From: Marsupella aquatica | Taxonomy: Eukaryota > Plantae > Marchantiophyta | Assembly: GCA_973895155.1 (NCBI GenBank) | Contig: OZ316897.1 | Span: 3,504,211-3,568,210, forward strand | DNA: 64,000 nt | Direction: 5' to 3' | In this document: piece by piece, positions 38,295 through 51,433 of the stretch | Numbering within the stretch: position 1 is the stretch's first letter | How the letters are laid out: each line of letters begins with the position of its first letter | The notes under the pieces: model-generated | The model's input: the letters and a program-made list of their open reading frames with translations, nothing else | What the model was told of the DNA's origin: nothing | Databases searched by the model: none | Translations under genes and position numbers: made by a program

Positions 38295-38970
38295 TGTTGA
38301 AAATGAACCACACTCGAGTCAGAGATGGTGCAGGCATGAAGGGTCCCATCTTTAGAGATGGTGCAGGCATAAAGGGTCCCATCTTTAGAGATGGTGCAGG
38401 CATAAAGGGCCCCAGACAAGGAGGGGATCTGAGGAGCTGGCAAGGAGGGGACCTGGCTAGGAGGAGCTGGCAAGGAGAGGAGCTGGCAACACAAGTTCCA
38501 TTCAGGAGAGTTGTGCTGGAACTGAACCACACTCAAGCAAAGATGGTGTAGGCATTAAGGGCCTGTAGCTCAGTGGTAGAGCACTATGATGGACAGGGCA
38601 GGTCCTAGGTTCAATCCTTAGCTGGTCCATGCTATTGAAAATTCCATGGTATCAAAACCAAAGATCAGGCACTCCCTTGAAATAAGCGTGACTTAAGAGA
38701 GGGTGTTGAAAATGAACCACACTTGTACCAGGGATGCTGCATGCATGAAGGGCTTGTAGCTCGGCTCAAGGGAGGGTGTTGGAAATAAACCACACTCGAA
38801 CTAGAGATGATGCACCCATGAAGGGCTTGTAGCTTGGCTCAAGGGAGGGTGTTGGAAATAAACCACACACAAACCAGAGCATGAAAGGTCTGTAGCTGAG
38901 TGGGTGGTGGAAATGAACTACACTTAAATCAGAGATTATGCTTGAAGGGCTTGTAGCTTAGTGGTAGAGC
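38295..38970 (+). mobile_element. Tandem array of a TRIM (miniature LTR retrotransposon) whose LTR contains a tRNA-like sequence
   Basis: LTR starts TGTTG(G/A)AAAT(G/A)AACCACAC at 38295, 38514, 38704, 38777, 38850, ~38905; full LTR 38514-38646; PBS TGGTATCA at 38647; 57-bp interior ending in PPT AAGAGAGGG. Confidence 0.8.
38559..38629 (+). tRNA. tRNA-like (pseudo-tRNA) module inside the TRIM LTR; anticodon arm degenerate
   Basis: GGGCCTG-TA-GCTC-AGTGGTA-GAGC...GGTC-CTAGG-TTCAATC-CTTAG-CTGGTCC-A: acceptor, D and T stems pair; A and B boxes intact. Confidence 0.7.
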
Positions 38971-39375
38971 TTACTAACCGTAGATGGGGACAAATTGGTA
39001 CAATGGTGAATTGGCAGCAAAGCTGGAAGATGCTGTGGGGCGTGTGGGGCTTTGCCCAAAGTTTGTTTCTTCATATGGAGACTACTGAATCATGGATTCT
39101 TCACTCACGAGAGAGCCAGCCACTGGAGTGTTAGTGATGGTTTGTGTGAGCAACCTCCAGTTTGAACACATGAAACACCTCTTTTTCACATGCTGTAAAG
39201 TTAAGGCCCAATGGCAAGAGGTGGGACAGTTCTTGCATCACTCCCCTGTCCTGAACTCAGCCCATGGCTCATTGTTTGACTCGACCAAGGAGGCTATTAT
39301 GGTGCACGAAAGGAATTATCCCTTTCCTTTCGTTCTCATCTCCAAACTTTGCAACACCATTTGGAAAGAGTAAAA
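38971..39375 (+). mobile_element. LINE ORF2 3' fragment (zf-RVT), decayed
   Basis: Frameshifted translation WQQSWKMLWG..LPKVCFFIWRLLNHGFFT.ERA.HW.VSDGLC..NLQFEHMKHLFFTC....QW...LCNTIWKE. Confidence 0.75.
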
Positions 39376-39399
39376 CTTACTCTAAGTTTCTTGGGAGCT

Positions 39400-40050
39400 T
39401 GCAGCTAGGATGGGTTGCTTGAGACAGACCAAGAGCTACCTTAAATCCATGTTGGATTTGTGCAGGTCCCCAAAGAAAGCCAGACAATTGCAGAAGGCCC
39501 TTAGCAGGCTTCATGAGGTGCTCAAGCCCTGGGCGTCTAGTGTGATCCCCCAGGCATTTAACCTTGACACCCTCGATGATAATTGAGCGTAGAGAAATGG
39601 ACCTTGACCTAATGCACCTTTTGCTTAGCTCCTGGCAGTGTGGGGGCAATAAGCCTGAATTTGTTAGTCTTTTTGGCAAGAGTGATAGACTCTTTTCTCT
39701 TGTTCAGGACCACTTGGGCCAGAGTTGGACTGCCACCCGTAATCTTAGGAGGAGCTACTCTGCTGAGAAGGATAGTAGAGATAGATTTTTTAAACATCCC
39801 ACCACTTGTATTAATTGGAGTTGGAGATACTTTTTGTAGGTTACATAGGAATTGCACCAGCTGGCTTGGATGGAGCCACTCTCTGTTGACTCTTCCGGCT
39901 ATCATGGCCAGATTAGTTTTCTCCCCCCCTTGTGGTGGGGCTGCGGCCCCTTGTTGTCCATTTTGGCTTGAGTGGTTTTTGCCCCCTTGCTGCCCATTAT
40001 GTTATTCAAAATTGAGAAAGAAAGTGGCAGAGCTTATTCATTCCCTCTGA
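39400..40050 (-). repeat. Dispersed decayed repeat, related to 49400-50060
   Basis: Shared blocks GGCA(T/C)TTAACCTTGACAC and GAGAA(A/T)TGGA(C/T)CTTGACCT in the same order in both copies. Confidence 0.5.
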
Positions 40051-41135
40051 TATGTTGTCAGGACTCATCTACCCCAAGCCCTCATATTGTACTATTCAAA
40101 ATGATAAGTGCATACTTTGTGTACTTGTTAGTTGCACTGTCAATGCTTCCTATGGATGAATTGCACTAACTGATAAATGCAAGTGTACACTTATAGACAA
40201 ACAAAATTACACATTAAATAAATGCATGGGTACTCTTATCGACAAAATGACAGGCAATTTTTCAAATTGCATGTTTTGGTGCCTTTACAAAGGAAATTAG
40301 TGCAGGATAGGGGACTACATTTTGGTGCATATACAAAGTAAATTGGTGCAATAAGAGGGGTCTAAATGGCCATCTTGCACTTAACCATGGAAGGCACTTA
40401 TGCACGGTCTACTGCAGGAGACCTGAAAACGAACAATTGGTAGTTCGGGTCAAGGTGGAGATGTCTGATCCATTACCTTGATGGTCCTCTCAAAGACCAG
40501 GGGGATTGTTGGGTTCGATTTGGAACTCAGCCTATGTGATACGTGTTGTCGAAGGAATTGCCAAGGCGACCCCAGGGGTTAAGTAGAGGCTGTACCCAAT
40601 TTTGAAACATATAGCAAAGTCTTCCACAAGATAAACGAGAGCATCGACTGTCGAAATGCAAATTACTGAAGATGGAATGGAAGGTAAAATTAGAAGGTTT
40701 GATGAGTTACTGTTCCAAATCATAGGGCTGATCGACCGACTCAGAGAGCTCCATCACAGCGATAATGATACTTTGTGTTCAAGCCGTTTCTTATTTCTTT
40801 CCCATCAGATTCGTAACCCTATCCTGATTACCAGATTGCTCACAAAGCGATGTCGAGAGTGGGCATGTGATCCGCCATAGCTTAGAGACGAGTCGCAAAT
40901 GGTGAACCCGTGGGCATGCCGGGGTGAATGAAAGTGAACCTTTGTCCCCCTGGAAACCTCATCGAGATGCAGCCGACCAAATTTAGGAAATTTCTGTTGC
41001 GATCCATGCTAGCCCATGGTGAGCCCTAAACATTCAGGTAGCAGTGTGCCATGGACCCCCCCAAAAGTCATCTTACTACTAAATTGCGAACAGAACCTAA
41101 AAGTTGGGGTTTAGGTTGTGAGCCCTAACCTCTAA

Positions 41136-41510
41136 TGCCCACCAAATTGATGTCTAGAGTTGGGGTCTAGGTTTCTAGAGAGAAGACTCTTGGCCCCACC
41201 CCAAGTTGATGTCCATGGAAAAAAAATTGATGACTGAAATTAAGTTTCTCAAAAATATGAGCATGCATGACTATCTTTGTCATCATGTGTATTCAGATTC
41301 AAAGAATGGGCATTGACCCCTATGGCCCCACCAAATTGATGTCCATGGAAAACAATGGATGACTGGGATTAAGGATCTTAAAAAAATGAGCAGGACTACT
41401 TTTGTCATCATGTCTGTTCAGATTCAAAGAATGGGCATTGATGAGCTTTAATGGTAGACAGACCAACGAATGGGCATTGATGAGCTTTAATGGTAGACAG
41501 ACCAACGAAT
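41136..41510 (+). repeat. Degenerate tandem repeats (CCCACCAAATTGATGTCCATGGAA units; 39-bp x2)
   Basis: Directly visible. Confidence 0.75.
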
Positions 41511-42094
41511 GAGTTGCTGTAGAAATCCACAGAGGAATGAAAAAGCATTAAACCACAACTCCGATTGCCCACAGATTTCCGATCGAAAGTTACTGTAAGC
41601 GACAAGGTAGATCAAGACCAATGAAAGTAAGATGGGAGCGGGAACGTAGGAAGTACTGCAAAGACAGAACAAAACTATGAGGTGGTAAAATAACGAACAT
41701 CTTCTTTCTGTTCGCTCACTTCCATTTTCGGGAATCCTATGGCGTGGTTCTCATAGACGACTCCTGAACTTTTCCGGACAACAGCAGCCCATCGAAGAAA
41801 ACATGGAACTTTGCTCCAGATGTGCCAAGACCAATGAGAAGGAGACGAATGGGAAGAGTTTTAGCTAGAACCTGGCTAGAATAGTTTGAAACAAGCAGCC
41901 TTACCTACTTTTGCCTCGCCAACTCTGGTCCTTGCGAGACGTAACATACCGTTTGTGAGATCTCAAACGCATCCTGCCTGCACAAGAGCTGACCATTACA
42001 GCCAAGTATCTCTGGGCAGATGTGCGACGGTGCCCGCAATATGTCGTGATTAGGATCGAAATTATCCGGAGCCGCATCGTTCCCTTTTAGGCAA

Positions 42095-42430
42095 TAAGAG
42101 AAAAAAGAAACATAGCAATGTTCTTTAGGTCGATTCTATTAAGAGTTGCAAAACAAAGTGCACTTTGAGCCCAGAGTGAGAACGTAAGCTTTCGAACAAC
42201 ATGAAAGTCTAATGAGAAGAATGAACATAGGAATGTTTTTCAGGTTGACTCAATAATGAGTTGCAAAATAAAGTGCGCTTGGAGCCCTGCATGACAATTA
42301 AGCTTCTGAACAACAATGAGGTCCAATGAGAAAAAAGAAACAGAGGATTGTTCATTATGTTGACTCAATTAAAAGTTGCAAAATAAAGTGCACTCTAGTG
42401 TGGAAAATGTGTGCTTCAACAACAGAACGT
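42095..42430 (+). repeat. ~118-bp tandem repeat x3 (diverged)
   Basis: Recurrent AATGAGAAAAAAGAAACA...GTTGACTCAAT..GAGTTGCAAAATAAAGTGC. Confidence 0.8.
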
Positions 42431-43031
42431 CCAATATATATGATCTCGTCATTGCTTTAACTCATGCATCAGCATATCTAGGGAAGAATTGTGTCGTACC
42501 ATATAACAGGTGAGTGAAACTCCCTCAAAACTACAGAAGTGAAGCGACAGCACAGGATCCCCAATTTTAATGTGTAAGAATTTTTACTTTCAGATCTGAT
42601 ATACAGTCCCGGAAAGGGAGCCTACATTAGTGACCAACATCAACATCAAAGTGGAGCATGTAAATTATACATCAAAGTGCTTCCTCCGATTTAGGATTTA
42701 CAACACGATAAATCTTGAATCTAATTATACGGAGTTGGAGAGGAATGACATGTACTGTAATAGGCCTTGTCCGACTCTCACGCAGAGATAGTCGATCGCC
42801 ATCTTTGATGACAGGAACTACGAAGCCAGTAGTGGATGCAGTTAAACCTGGGATCTGATTTCCCTCCTGTGCACTTTACTATACAAGCTATAAACACTGT
42901 TTGGCCTCGAGACCCAAGGGTAACTATAATACATGTTGCCAAGTATAGAGAATTATTTCATTCCAAGTCGATGAATGCACAACATGAGGGAGGATGAGCA
43001 AAGAAGTCCATGACGTGAAAACAATCTTCAC

Positions 43032-45558
43032 TCATCTTCTCCTCCCGGGCGGAGTATCAACAGGGAAGAGCGGGCATTTGCACATCTTTCTCTTGTTTTC
43101 GTACTCCGTTTCGCAGGTGTAGCAGAACTCATAACCACACCTGAAAAGAGATATGACAGGCCACACCAACCAGGACACCATTTGTCAAATACAATCTGCA
43201 ATTCCAAGCCATGCTCAACAAGTACCTGGAAACCTTCTAATTATATGTGGGAGAAAATTGGACTAAATTGGACTAGGTTTTGATACTCAGGGCTGCAAAT
43301 TTCAACCATGTGCAAAGGATGCACAGTTGACGCGCTTATTAGCATCGGATGAAAATGCCCTTGTCTATTCTACGCTACAGACATGCTAGTTTCCAACGTT
43401 CATACCTCACACAAAGTTGCTTACAATTATGGTCAAAATTCCCAGAATTTGTGAGCCCTAGGATTGGAACCCCCTCCGAAATAGATGCTCAGGATTGTCA
43501 ATCCTGCCAGGATTATGCCAGGTATGTGATACCTTTTATGTTCCATAATATTCATTGTTATGTGACAGGAGATCTGGCTTATCGATTCAAGAAATGTTGA
43601 CCAGACGTTTGGAATTCAGATCCATTATTGCAAACTAGACGTCTCCATGAGGCTGCTGACGACTTCTTCTGTGTAATGTGTTCGCTTGGCTCATTTTTGC
43701 ATTCGCAAAAATTGCCTCAGTTAGCGAATTGTTATGATCCATTTTCTGAACTCTGTTTTAAGTTTGATCTCAAACGTTTCGTGAAAGTCACAGCAGGAAG
43801 TCCATAAGAATATGACACCGATTAGCTTTGGACCAAAATGTGGACTGTATGTTTGACAAAGTTTTGATCAAATACAAGACCGACGACATCCAGGCAAAGT
43901 ATGAGTTCCCTTGGACTGCGTTATCGTCAATAAACATGAGAAGTTTTGTGCAAAGTTTTGAAAGAGAAGAAGCATAACCTGCAAGTCATGTGGAAGCAGC
44001 CATGGGCAAGGACGATCAGACTACGGCATTTCTTGCACCGCCTCCAATTCTGCTCCTTGGCGAGCTCAAGGAGAGCCTTCGTATCTTCTTCATCTTTCTC
44101 GCATGGTGGGAGGCGCTGATATTGCTGGCATGTGAGATCGGAATGCCATGGAACTTGACACTTCATACAAAACAAACGATAGCATTCCAAGCACTGTGTG
44201 CAGGTACGAGGCGCCCGTCTCAAGGACCAGGAGGAAATCCTAGACGTCTTGTTGCCTTTTTTATCATCATTTCTGCACATCATGGCGGAGCAGCTTGGAA
44301 ACGGGCAGTACACTCTCTCTGAATCAGAGATGGCGGCCTCTGCCAACCGTCTCGTATACTTGTCAAATAAGGTCGGGGTGACGAGGTGCTGGCAGTCGTC
44401 TAGGCGCATATGGATGGCACAAGTAAAGAATTGCGGACATCGGATAGGCACCTTGCAGGCGGAAATTTCAGCCTCGACGTGCCGGGAAAGACAATTGAAG
44501 CAGAATCGATGGTCGCAGTCTTTTAAACACACCATGTCGGAGGCAAAAATCTTTTCCAGGCAAATGAGGCACTCCTTGCGAGTGTCGTCTTCCAAACGAG
44601 ACTTCCCCTTCCAATGCCTGATCTCCCTTTTGCTGTAATGGACTTCAGGCTTATAAGGGACTATGGCTCTCTGTGCTAGATGGATGGCCTCCTCGTTCTC
44701 GGTGCGTGAAATACAACTCACATTAAAGCTCCTCAGATCCATGATTTGTTTATGCAGTGCGTCCAGCAAGTTCAGCAGTTCCGACGTCCAAGCGTCGGCC
44801 ATACCTTGAAACTGGAAAAGTCAACATTAATTCATGAACACCATCAAATTGAGCACTAGTACTTTTAAGTAAAATGCAAGCAAACTGGCTAGACTGACAG
44901 CACAATCAATGGCATCTCATAGATGAAGCTCTACGAATTAACACCAGGACAAGCACAACAAGAAAGGTTCGAAATGCTTCAGAACTAGCCAGAGTAAAAG
45001 CTCAAAGACGATCATGGTACCGATGAGGCTCTGTTGACTAATATACGTGTGTGCACATGACCGAAATGCTCACGTAAGTTCCCTGAGATATAGGCAGGGC
45101 GACCGTCATGGCCATTGCTGGAAATCAATTTGTAAACCTGGTAACCTTTGGTTCAGGAGATTTTGGAAAGCTCACTAGTAGGACTTTGAATAAATCATGA
45201 ACTTCAAAAGCGGAAGAAGATGCCTCACCTCCCAATACATGAAGGCCCGATTGCCGTGCGCGTTTATCCGTCTCAAACCTGTTTTTCGGGCATAAGCAAG
45301 ACCTTTGATCAAAGCATTGTACTCCGCAAAATGGTGACTGATCTCGAACCCTAAACATTCTCTGTCTTCAAAGACGACTTGACCATTTGTGTCTTTCATC
45401 ACCCACCCGACGCCAACGTTACCTCGATCATCCCTAGCTTCTGCAAAGTAGAGATCATACAACTGATCCTCTTTGGAAACAATATTTGTTACATTTCTAT
45501 TTGACTCAGTGAAGTCCTGCCAGGGTTGCTGCTCCCTCGCCAGCATCTCCAAGTGCAT
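43032..45558 (-). CDS. RBR E3 ubiquitin ligase with N-terminal RNase-H-like domain (RSL1/RFA-like); 3 exons: 45558-45229, 44811-43979, 43140-43032 (423 aa)
   Basis: GT-AG introns in compatible phases; RING1 CLIC..CDHRFCFNC..CP..C; IBR YCPFPSC..CLEC.RLFCMKC.VPWH..LTC; RING2 RCKKC..GCFHMTCR|CGYEFCYTC with catalytic Cys; start codon tentative. Confidence 0.88.
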
Positions 45559-48500
45559 TTCCGGTAAGTCCTTATCTAGTTGAAGCTACTCTTTGAGATG
45601 CCAAGTGCTCTCAGTAAATTCCGTCGTTGCAAAAGGACACCAATTGCATCAAAAGCTCATCGATTCGCAACTCCAGATGATTCATCAAACTGCTGGTCTC
45701 AAACTTGGGGGGCGGAAGCTGCTCTGCATGCTCGTGGTCCACGCAATTTTTGGAATCCTTTGGTCCTTCACATCCCTTTGTGACACACATCCTCAACGCT
45801 TGTCAAAAGTGGCCGAAAATTGAATCTCTCTTTGGTGTTCTTGTTGTGCTTGATTGCGATCATTTCTTTTGGGAACTTGTTTGCTGACGCACCTGGGAAC
45901 ACAGATGGTTGCCTTTGGATTGACATTTCTCACTGCGGGGCCCGCAAAAGGCTTCAAAGTCGTCAGATTCGCATCGTTCATGCTACAAAAGAAGCAACAT
46001 CCTTCTAAAGGATGTCAAGTCCATCAATCAGCTCTCTTGGAAGTAAATCCTCGTTTTCTGGAATCACGCTGAACCTTGCTGAGGGATCCCATTCTTGTGA
46101 TAAAACCCGCAAATGCACGGTCAGTGTTTGCTTAGTCAAGTCCTCAATTTGCAAGAATTCCAGAACGCATTGCTTTCGAAGAGTAAGTCAGGTGAAAGTG
46201 TGCGATTACTGCCATCGCTTGTGGCCACACCATGGCCAGAATTGGATGCCCGAAACGTTCTAAAACGAAAAGCCCCTATCTGCGGTCATGGAGGGCATCG
46301 AAGTCAATCTCCACTGCAGGGGCATAGAAGTAGCACTTTTAGTACGTTCGTATAAATATCGGGTTTTTGGTATAGCTCAGTGAACGTTTTGCTTTACAGG
46401 TTAGCAGATTCTAAGCTATGTACTGTGGCTTTATGATCACGCCTGCGATTGTTTGTGCTTTCAGAAGAAAAGATCCCTTGAGTGTGAAGTGGCCTAGCTA
46501 GCTGGATCAGGACCTACAAACGGTCGTAGGCAAAGAAATGAGAATCTAGAGATTTTTGTAAAACGTTACTTTAGGTCCACTTGGTCCGGCTCATAGCCAA
46601 ATTGTGTCACTGTTAGTCAATTGCGTCTCGCAAAGCCGCACACTACAGTAGTACTGGAGGTCCTGTACTTACAACACGTTTTGTGACTCGCTCCATTGGG
46701 AATTGGTGTTGTGCGAGCGTGTGTAGCAATCATTTGATCGTGTGACATTAATTGTCTTCACAATCGATATTGTGAAATTCCCTTACTCTTGGACTATTTC
46801 CATCCGCACAGATTGCACTATTGTTATTGACACCAATTGTCCAGGCCATCCATTCTTTGCGAGTATGAATAAACATTCGAAGAAACGAATGACCACGATA
46901 GTAGTAAATGGATGCTAAACATGAGTGTCAGATCTGCATGATCTAAGCAAGTTATTCAAATTCATTCAGTAGAGCAGCACCTTGAGCTTCAGAACTAGCA
47001 GATAGAGAGCCGGGTGACCCTACACGCTTGCTAATGACGCCAGCCCGCCAATAACACATGTCCAAACATTCAGTGAGCGTGTCATCACGGGCCCCGCATT
47101 TGCTTGCAAACCTCATCAGCCAAATACTGCGCGATATTGGTAGTGCAAGCAGAACAGGCTACGAGTGCAGCACAAAGTACAGAGCTCCCGTATCCCCAAT
47201 AGTCAAATTGAAATTGAAAAGCAGAAACAGGCCGGGATTGATCACTATCTTTTGAACTCAATTAGAGAACGCAAAACATTGACGAGTTTCAAATTTCTTG
47301 TTGATTAGCGGGTCCATGACTTAAACTGACATGACTCGACGCTTGAAATTCACTTCCTGCATTATTGTTTTGCGAGTTTTTAACTTGCCGTTCTGTTTCT
47401 TCAATCCGCATGCCGTGAGTGCCTGAGTGGCCTTTGAGTCTTCGACGGCGGGGCTAAGCTTGTTCGCTTCATTTCGTGAGTGGATGTCCAATCGCCCGCA
47501 CGCTCCGGGATAATTGTGAAAGCAAACAAGGTGAGATACACGACGCTGCAAAGCAAACAGATTCTGCTCTTTTTCGCTAGCAGTGACACGACCGAGGACC
47601 TCGTAGCAACACGCTTCCAGGTCTACTCATGCTGCAGAGCTTTGCCTGTTCCTTCTCTTTCACCTATTTTTACAGCCTCTCTATTTTCTGCCTCGCGTGC
47701 GTGTCCTCTCTAGTTACAGAGATGACCTAGCATAGGGAAATTGAAAAAAAAATACTGCCGTGAGGGGAACTTTGCTTTTATAGTAATGTCCTTGTAAGAG
47801 CCCGGTTTAGCCTTGACTGGCAAATCAGGGCTCTGGACCCCGTCACTCCGGACACCCAACCTGACCCCGACCTCAAACCGGGAGGGGGGTCTGGGGGAGC
47901 CCTAGACTGGGCCAGGAAGGGGAGAATTCTGGACCGGTCGGGGAATAAAGAGAAATATGCATCTTCAGCCCCTTTTGGTGCCGTAATGTGATGAGTTTAC
48001 ATGTCGGGCAACACATAGACTTGCCCATCAGCTCAAAGCCGGGGTGGGAGGATCAAAGGCTATGGGTAAGTTTAGAGTTTAGATCCTCCTTTAACCTGCC
48101 CCCTTTTCTCCTTGATCCCCCCCTTTTCCAAGTTTCTTGAGCCCCATTCTCCATTTTTCCCGTTTCTATGTGCCTCCTCCTTGTTTTGCTTCCCTCCCAG
48201 TTGTTTGGGCACTGCAAATGTTAGATTTGTAAGACTACCATTATAGAAAACAGCGGGAGTGCTTATTAGAGATTGCATCCATGTTCTAGTTGTTGAGATA
48301 ATGCCCATGCATTGCACAGAAATATAGAAGGGCATGTGAGGCAATAAAGTGTTGTTGTTCTAGCCCTGTTGTCTGAGCAACAACAGTATCTTTGTTTCAG
48401 TTGATGATTGTCACTACAAAAGTATGATAATTTTGATCAATCTGTTGTTACAAAAGTGCTATTGTTTGGGGAGGGCAAGAGAGGATTGGCGGGAGAGCAT

Positions 48501-49399
48501 GACAGATAGAGCATGGTGGGGTCCAGGCACACTTTAGGGTTTAGTGAGGGGGAGGGGGAAAAAAGAAAATAGCAGGCAAAAAAATAAGAAATGATGTTCT
48601 CTCTCCCTAGCTCCAAACCTCCTCCATCCGTCCTTCCATCTGACCCTCCCACTTTTCTTGCCTTCAACCAAATTCAAACAGGAGAAGAGAAGCGTAGGGA
48701 GTGAAAATGAAAATTTCCCTCCTCTCGCAAGAAAGCCAAAAATCTCTCATGGATTTCCTGTATACTTGGCTGTATGCTAGAAAGTACTTTATGTACTAAC
48801 ATACCCGTTAACATACCATATGGTATAGCAAACGCTTGTACATTGTACTCTACCGTGTAAGCAAGGGATATCCGCTTGGGCGCCCCTTTCAGTTAATCTA
48901 CGAGAGTCTAGCCATTTTGGAGGCTTTGGCTCCAACTGGGTGTCCGTGTTATCTAAAGTGCCTCAAACGTACCTTTCTCACACTCTTTTAAAAGTTTTTT
49001 TTTATAAACACAAGGCATATAGGTTGAGGTATTTATTTACGTTCAGGAAATATACATTTTGTTCCACTAAGCTGCTTGGGCAAAAATTGTTTATTGCTAG
49101 TCAGATTAATCCTGCTGCATTCAACAAAATTACAAAATTGGAGTACGCTTTCTAGTGCAAACGAACTCACTAGGTGAACCAAAGTCCTGAGGAGTTTGAA
49201 AATGTTGTGTCCTGGGCTTTGACACCGCTCACCAGAGAGAAGTGGTTTGGGGGACAAGGTAAATACAAATTGTGGTGTCTCCTTGTGAATGTGACATCTC
49301 AGCGAGATGGACATGTCTTGGCAATCAATGGTGGTACTCCTGAGTGGCTAAGGCTTTTAATTGATTTTTGTGTTGAAACCTCAAGAAGATCCATCCATC

Positions 49400-50060
49400 A
49401 GCAGAAGATCTAGGCCAAAGGTTTTCATACTTGGGTAATAGCTGGGACATAAAAGGGGTCAAAAACAGAAGATAAGTATAGCAATCAACATTGGTTCCTC
49501 AGGCACTTAACCTTGACACACAGGGTGGAGAATTGGATCTTGACCTGCTTCGATCACCATCTGATCATAGTGCAGCTTTGTGTGAGCAGCTGCCTGTATG
49601 ACTTAGATTGTAGAATTGATAGGGGCTTGACTCCCGCCTGCAGGATTGGTAGCATTTTCTCTCATGTAGGTCACAAGCGTATGAGTATGTCTCTCCGTGG
49701 CTAACCTTAGGAAGAGGAGTAACCCGTTCACACTAGTAGAGAGAGAGGTTACACTCTGCCATACCTTGGGAGCACTAGGAGCTGTAGCCTGTAGGGATGT
49801 GGGTAGATATCATAGGATTAGAACTTACTGGGTTCTTGTTAGGACCACTCTACAATGCCTCTTCTGGTTTTCATGACCTGATTAGTATTCCCCCCTGGGG
49901 TGGGGTGGGGTTGTGTCCCTCCCCCTGGCACCCTTGGTGCCTTTTGTCTTCTTCGCTTGGGTGGTCTTTGTCCCCTGGCTTGCTTCTTGTTTCTTTAATA
50001 TTCTTTTTGGGAAAATTAAAAAGAAAGCAATCAATGAACATTAGTCATAATTTCCCCTGA
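49400..50060 (-). repeat. Dispersed decayed repeat, related to 39400-40050
   Basis: See the partner copy at 39400-40050. Confidence 0.5.
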
Positions 50061-50204
50061 CAAAGGTACCACCATTGTTTGCCAGGGACTTCTTTGGACC
50101 CTCATAAGTCTTGGCAATCAATGTTTGAACCCTTAAAGGAACCCACTTCAATGGTTTTTTTTCTGTTTTTTGTTTTTGAGTGAAATCCGTGAAACCCCAC
50201 AGAA

Positions 50205-50287
50205 ATGGAGGCAACATAAGTCAGATACAACATTTGAACCCAAGACCTGTTAGTCCCTACTCAAGTAAGCTACCACACAATCATGCC
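50205..50287 (-). mobile_element. SINE-like tRNA-derived remnant (related copy at ~54653-54705, plus strand)
   Basis: Both carry TAGCT.ACTT...TAG.GAC..ACAGGTCTTGGGTTCAA (B-box-like). Confidence 0.45.
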
Positions 50288-50673
50288 TGCTTTGGCTCCA
50301 CTTCAATGTTAGGCAGACCAGCAACCACATATGTTGTGTATATTTAAGCACTAAATAAGCTTTCCTATGTTTCGGCATGTCAGTCTTTGTCAAAGATTGA
50401 CTCATTGAGAACATGGTATCATTTGGATCACCCATCTTAGCTGAATTTTCTAGAGCAAGTTAAGGAGTGCAAATTCAGACTAATTTACATCAAAATGTCA
50501 TTAGTAATGTAATTTTCTTCTATGAATTTCTTCTATTAGTCGAGCTTCTAATTATGATGCCTTTCACTTGTTTAAACTTAAGTTTATGTCAGACAATTTG
50601 AATTTAATTAATATCATACCTTATTACTATCACACGCACTATCACCTGCCCTGGGGGTAACCTCAGGACATAG

Positions 50674-50707
50674 ATTTTTTAACACTCTTGCAAGAGTGTT
50701 AAAAAAT
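50674..50707. repeat. Perfect 34-bp palindrome with no spacer
   Basis: ATTTTTTAACACTCTTG|CAAGAGTGTTAAAAAAT. Confidence 0.95.
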
Positions 50708-51433
50708 TAATTGCAAGAGTGTAGCTAAGTAACTCACCGTCCATTAAAGTAAGTGTGCATGTTGTGCAAACAATTAGTGGTCCAAAATAATAATGAAATG
50801 GACCCATGCTAGACAAATGCTAGCAGGGATCCATGCTCACTGACCATTGCTCGACTATTTCAGTATTGAACCCAGGCTCCACTAATTTTAGCAACTGTGG
50901 ACCCATCTTTGGCTAGCTTTGAGCAATCATGGACACGTATGTGCTCAGTTAATATAAATAGCGGGCCCATAGTGAGTTACTTTTAGTTAGAGCCCATTCT
51001 CAACTAATCTTAGAGTCTGATTAGTGCTTTGCCTAATTTCATTTGAGAACCCATGCTCGTAGTTTAGTGGCAGACCCATGACACTCTCATGTGAGATCAT
51101 GGCGAAGGCAGGCATGGGTTACGAGCTCCTCTATTTCTGTCGAAACAAGAGGTACTTATAAAAGTAATGGCAGACTTAATTCAAGAGGTGGGCTAGATCA
51201 GTATGGGCAAACTTAATTCAAGAGGTGGGCTGGATAAGTATGGGCGAATTAACGAACGATTGTTTAAGTACAGGACTTGACAACCGAAGACATCAGCATC
51301 AGTGCATAAGTAGGGGCAAATTTCGTTTCTCAACCGCATCATTTTGTTGCGATTTACTGTGCGCATTACTGTAGTCGAAAGTGAGCAAACAGGAGCTCAT
51401 CGAGGAGTAGTTGCAGCGCAGAGGTGGGCAGCA

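Noticed and set aside
37994-38551. Overlapping ORFs of 93-180 aa
   Set aside because: Arise from 33-bp tandem repeats and LTR sequence
38559-38629. Functional tRNA gene
   Set aside because: Anticodon stem does not pair, no T-run terminator follows, and it is embedded in a repeated LTR
40497-40900. PPT + TGTTGG suggesting an LTR start at 40507
   Set aside because: No partner LTR, end or coding remnant identified
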